Of a stretch of 64,000 nucleotides of DNA, positions 63,467-64,000 are shown piece by piece; within the stretch, counting starts at the first letter, position 1; each line of letters starts with the position of its first letter. The stretch comes from Pyrinomonadaceae bacterium (GTDB taxonomy: Bacteria > Acidobacteriota > Blastocatellia > Pyrinomonadales > Pyrinomonadaceae). The stretch is from contig JBKBYA010000014.1 in the NCBI GenBank assembly GCA_046313635.1, forward strand, positions 1 through 64,000, read 5' to 3'. The notes beneath the pieces are model-generated. The model did no database searches. It was not told the DNA's origin and saw only the letters and a list, made by a program, of their open reading frames with translations. The position numbers and the translations under genes are program-made.

Positions 63467-64000
63467 TGATCGATACGACCAGCAGTGACTCGATCCTGAA
63501 TACGTGCCGCGACTACATCGGCTCGCGTCAGAGCGACTACGAGTTTCGCTGCATCCGCTTTGACGCGGTGATCGACCGGATGAGTCGGATGGGACTCGCC
63601 GACGGCGACTCGGTGCTCGACGTCGGGTGCGGCCGCGGCGACTTCAGGCAGCGGCTCGCGGAACGGGGTTTCGACGTTAGATACACCGGCGTCGACGGTG
63701 CGATCGACGGGAGGAACCTGAACACGTGGAGCCCCTCGTTCTGGGGATACGACTGGATCGTCGCGATCGAGGTGTTGGAGCATCTCTACTTTCCGAAACT
63801 CCACCTCATAAATTACAAAATGGCCGCAGTCAAAGGTGTCGTGATCACCACACCAAACCCCGCGACGGTCGACGTGCTCGCATGTGACCCGACGCACGTC
63901 AGCATCGTCTACCCCTCGGAGCTTGCCTGGGCCGGCTACGACTTTGAACCGGCTTGCCTCTTTAACAACGACCCGCAGGACAGCCTGATCGGCTGGTGTC
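63466..64000 (+). CDS. Class I SAM-dependent methyltransferase, truncated by window edge
   Basis: Manual translation: VLDVGCGRG, YTGVD, IEVLEHL, ITTPN...DPTH; not in the ORF track. Confidence 0.85.
   Translation, partial: MIDTTSSDSILNTCRDYIGSRQSDYEFRCIRFDAVIDRMSRMGLADGDSVLDVGCGRGDFRQRLAERGFDVRYTGVDGAIDGRNLNTWSPSFWGYDWIVAIEVLEHLYFPKLHLINYKMAAVKGVVITTPNPATVDVLACDPTHVSIVYPSELAWAGYDFEPACLFNNDPQDSLIGWC

Larger units (their letters stand above)
1..64000. mobile_element. Tailed bacteriophage genome segment (siphovirus-like)
   Basis: Terminase-portal-scaffold-capsid-tail-tape measure block, lysis genes, phage-type replication module and a dense array of small early ORFs; no host genes seen. Confidence 0.95.

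Noticed and set aside
23298..63897. Long antisense or alternate-frame ORFs (e.g. 24624-25682, 26888-28096, 37346-38563, 57712-58965, 60731-62008, 62725-63897)
   Set aside because: Shadow ORFs expected from GC-rich codon bias; they overlap clearly identified genes and have no recognisable motifs
63466..64000. DNA methyltransferase protecting GCGC
   Set aside because: Lacks C5-MTase PC/ENV and amino-MTase DPPY motifs, and genome-wide GCGC loss argues against self-protection

Overview
The whole window reads as part of one GC-rich tailed-phage genome (siphovirus-like: long tape measure, no sheath gene). No rRNA, tRNA, CRISPR array, integrase or host housekeeping block is visible. Layout: (i) 1-16.8 kb, a leftward early region of about 45 small, mostly unknown and often acidic ORFs driven by sigma70-type promoters; (ii) 16.9-18.1 kb, a non-coding divergence zone with a dif-like Xer site, an adjacent IHF consensus and terminus-like G/A tracts; (iii) 18.1-45.3 kb, rightward lysis, packaging, head and tail genes, including a -1 frameshifted tail chaperone, an SLT-bearing tape measure, a tail-tip protein ending in a Hint (mini-intein) domain, and PA14/discoidin/beta-helix adhesion domains; (iv) 45.4-50.1 kb, nucleotide and recombination genes (exonuclease, dNMP kinase, HAD phosphatase, SSB, Rad52-like); (v) 50.2-55.3 kb, a separate accessory-fibre module; (vi) 55.3-64 kb, a divergent control region followed by primase-helicase, RNase H, PolA, the phage's own beta clamp and a truncated methyltransferase. 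Most striking signals: near-total absence of GCGC except in three islands, a splice-competent-looking Hint domain on the tail-tip protein, a ruler-plus-subunit type fibre module, the dif-like/IHF site without an integrase, and two structured intergenic RNA candidates. All family calls come from motif recognition by eye, not database searches.
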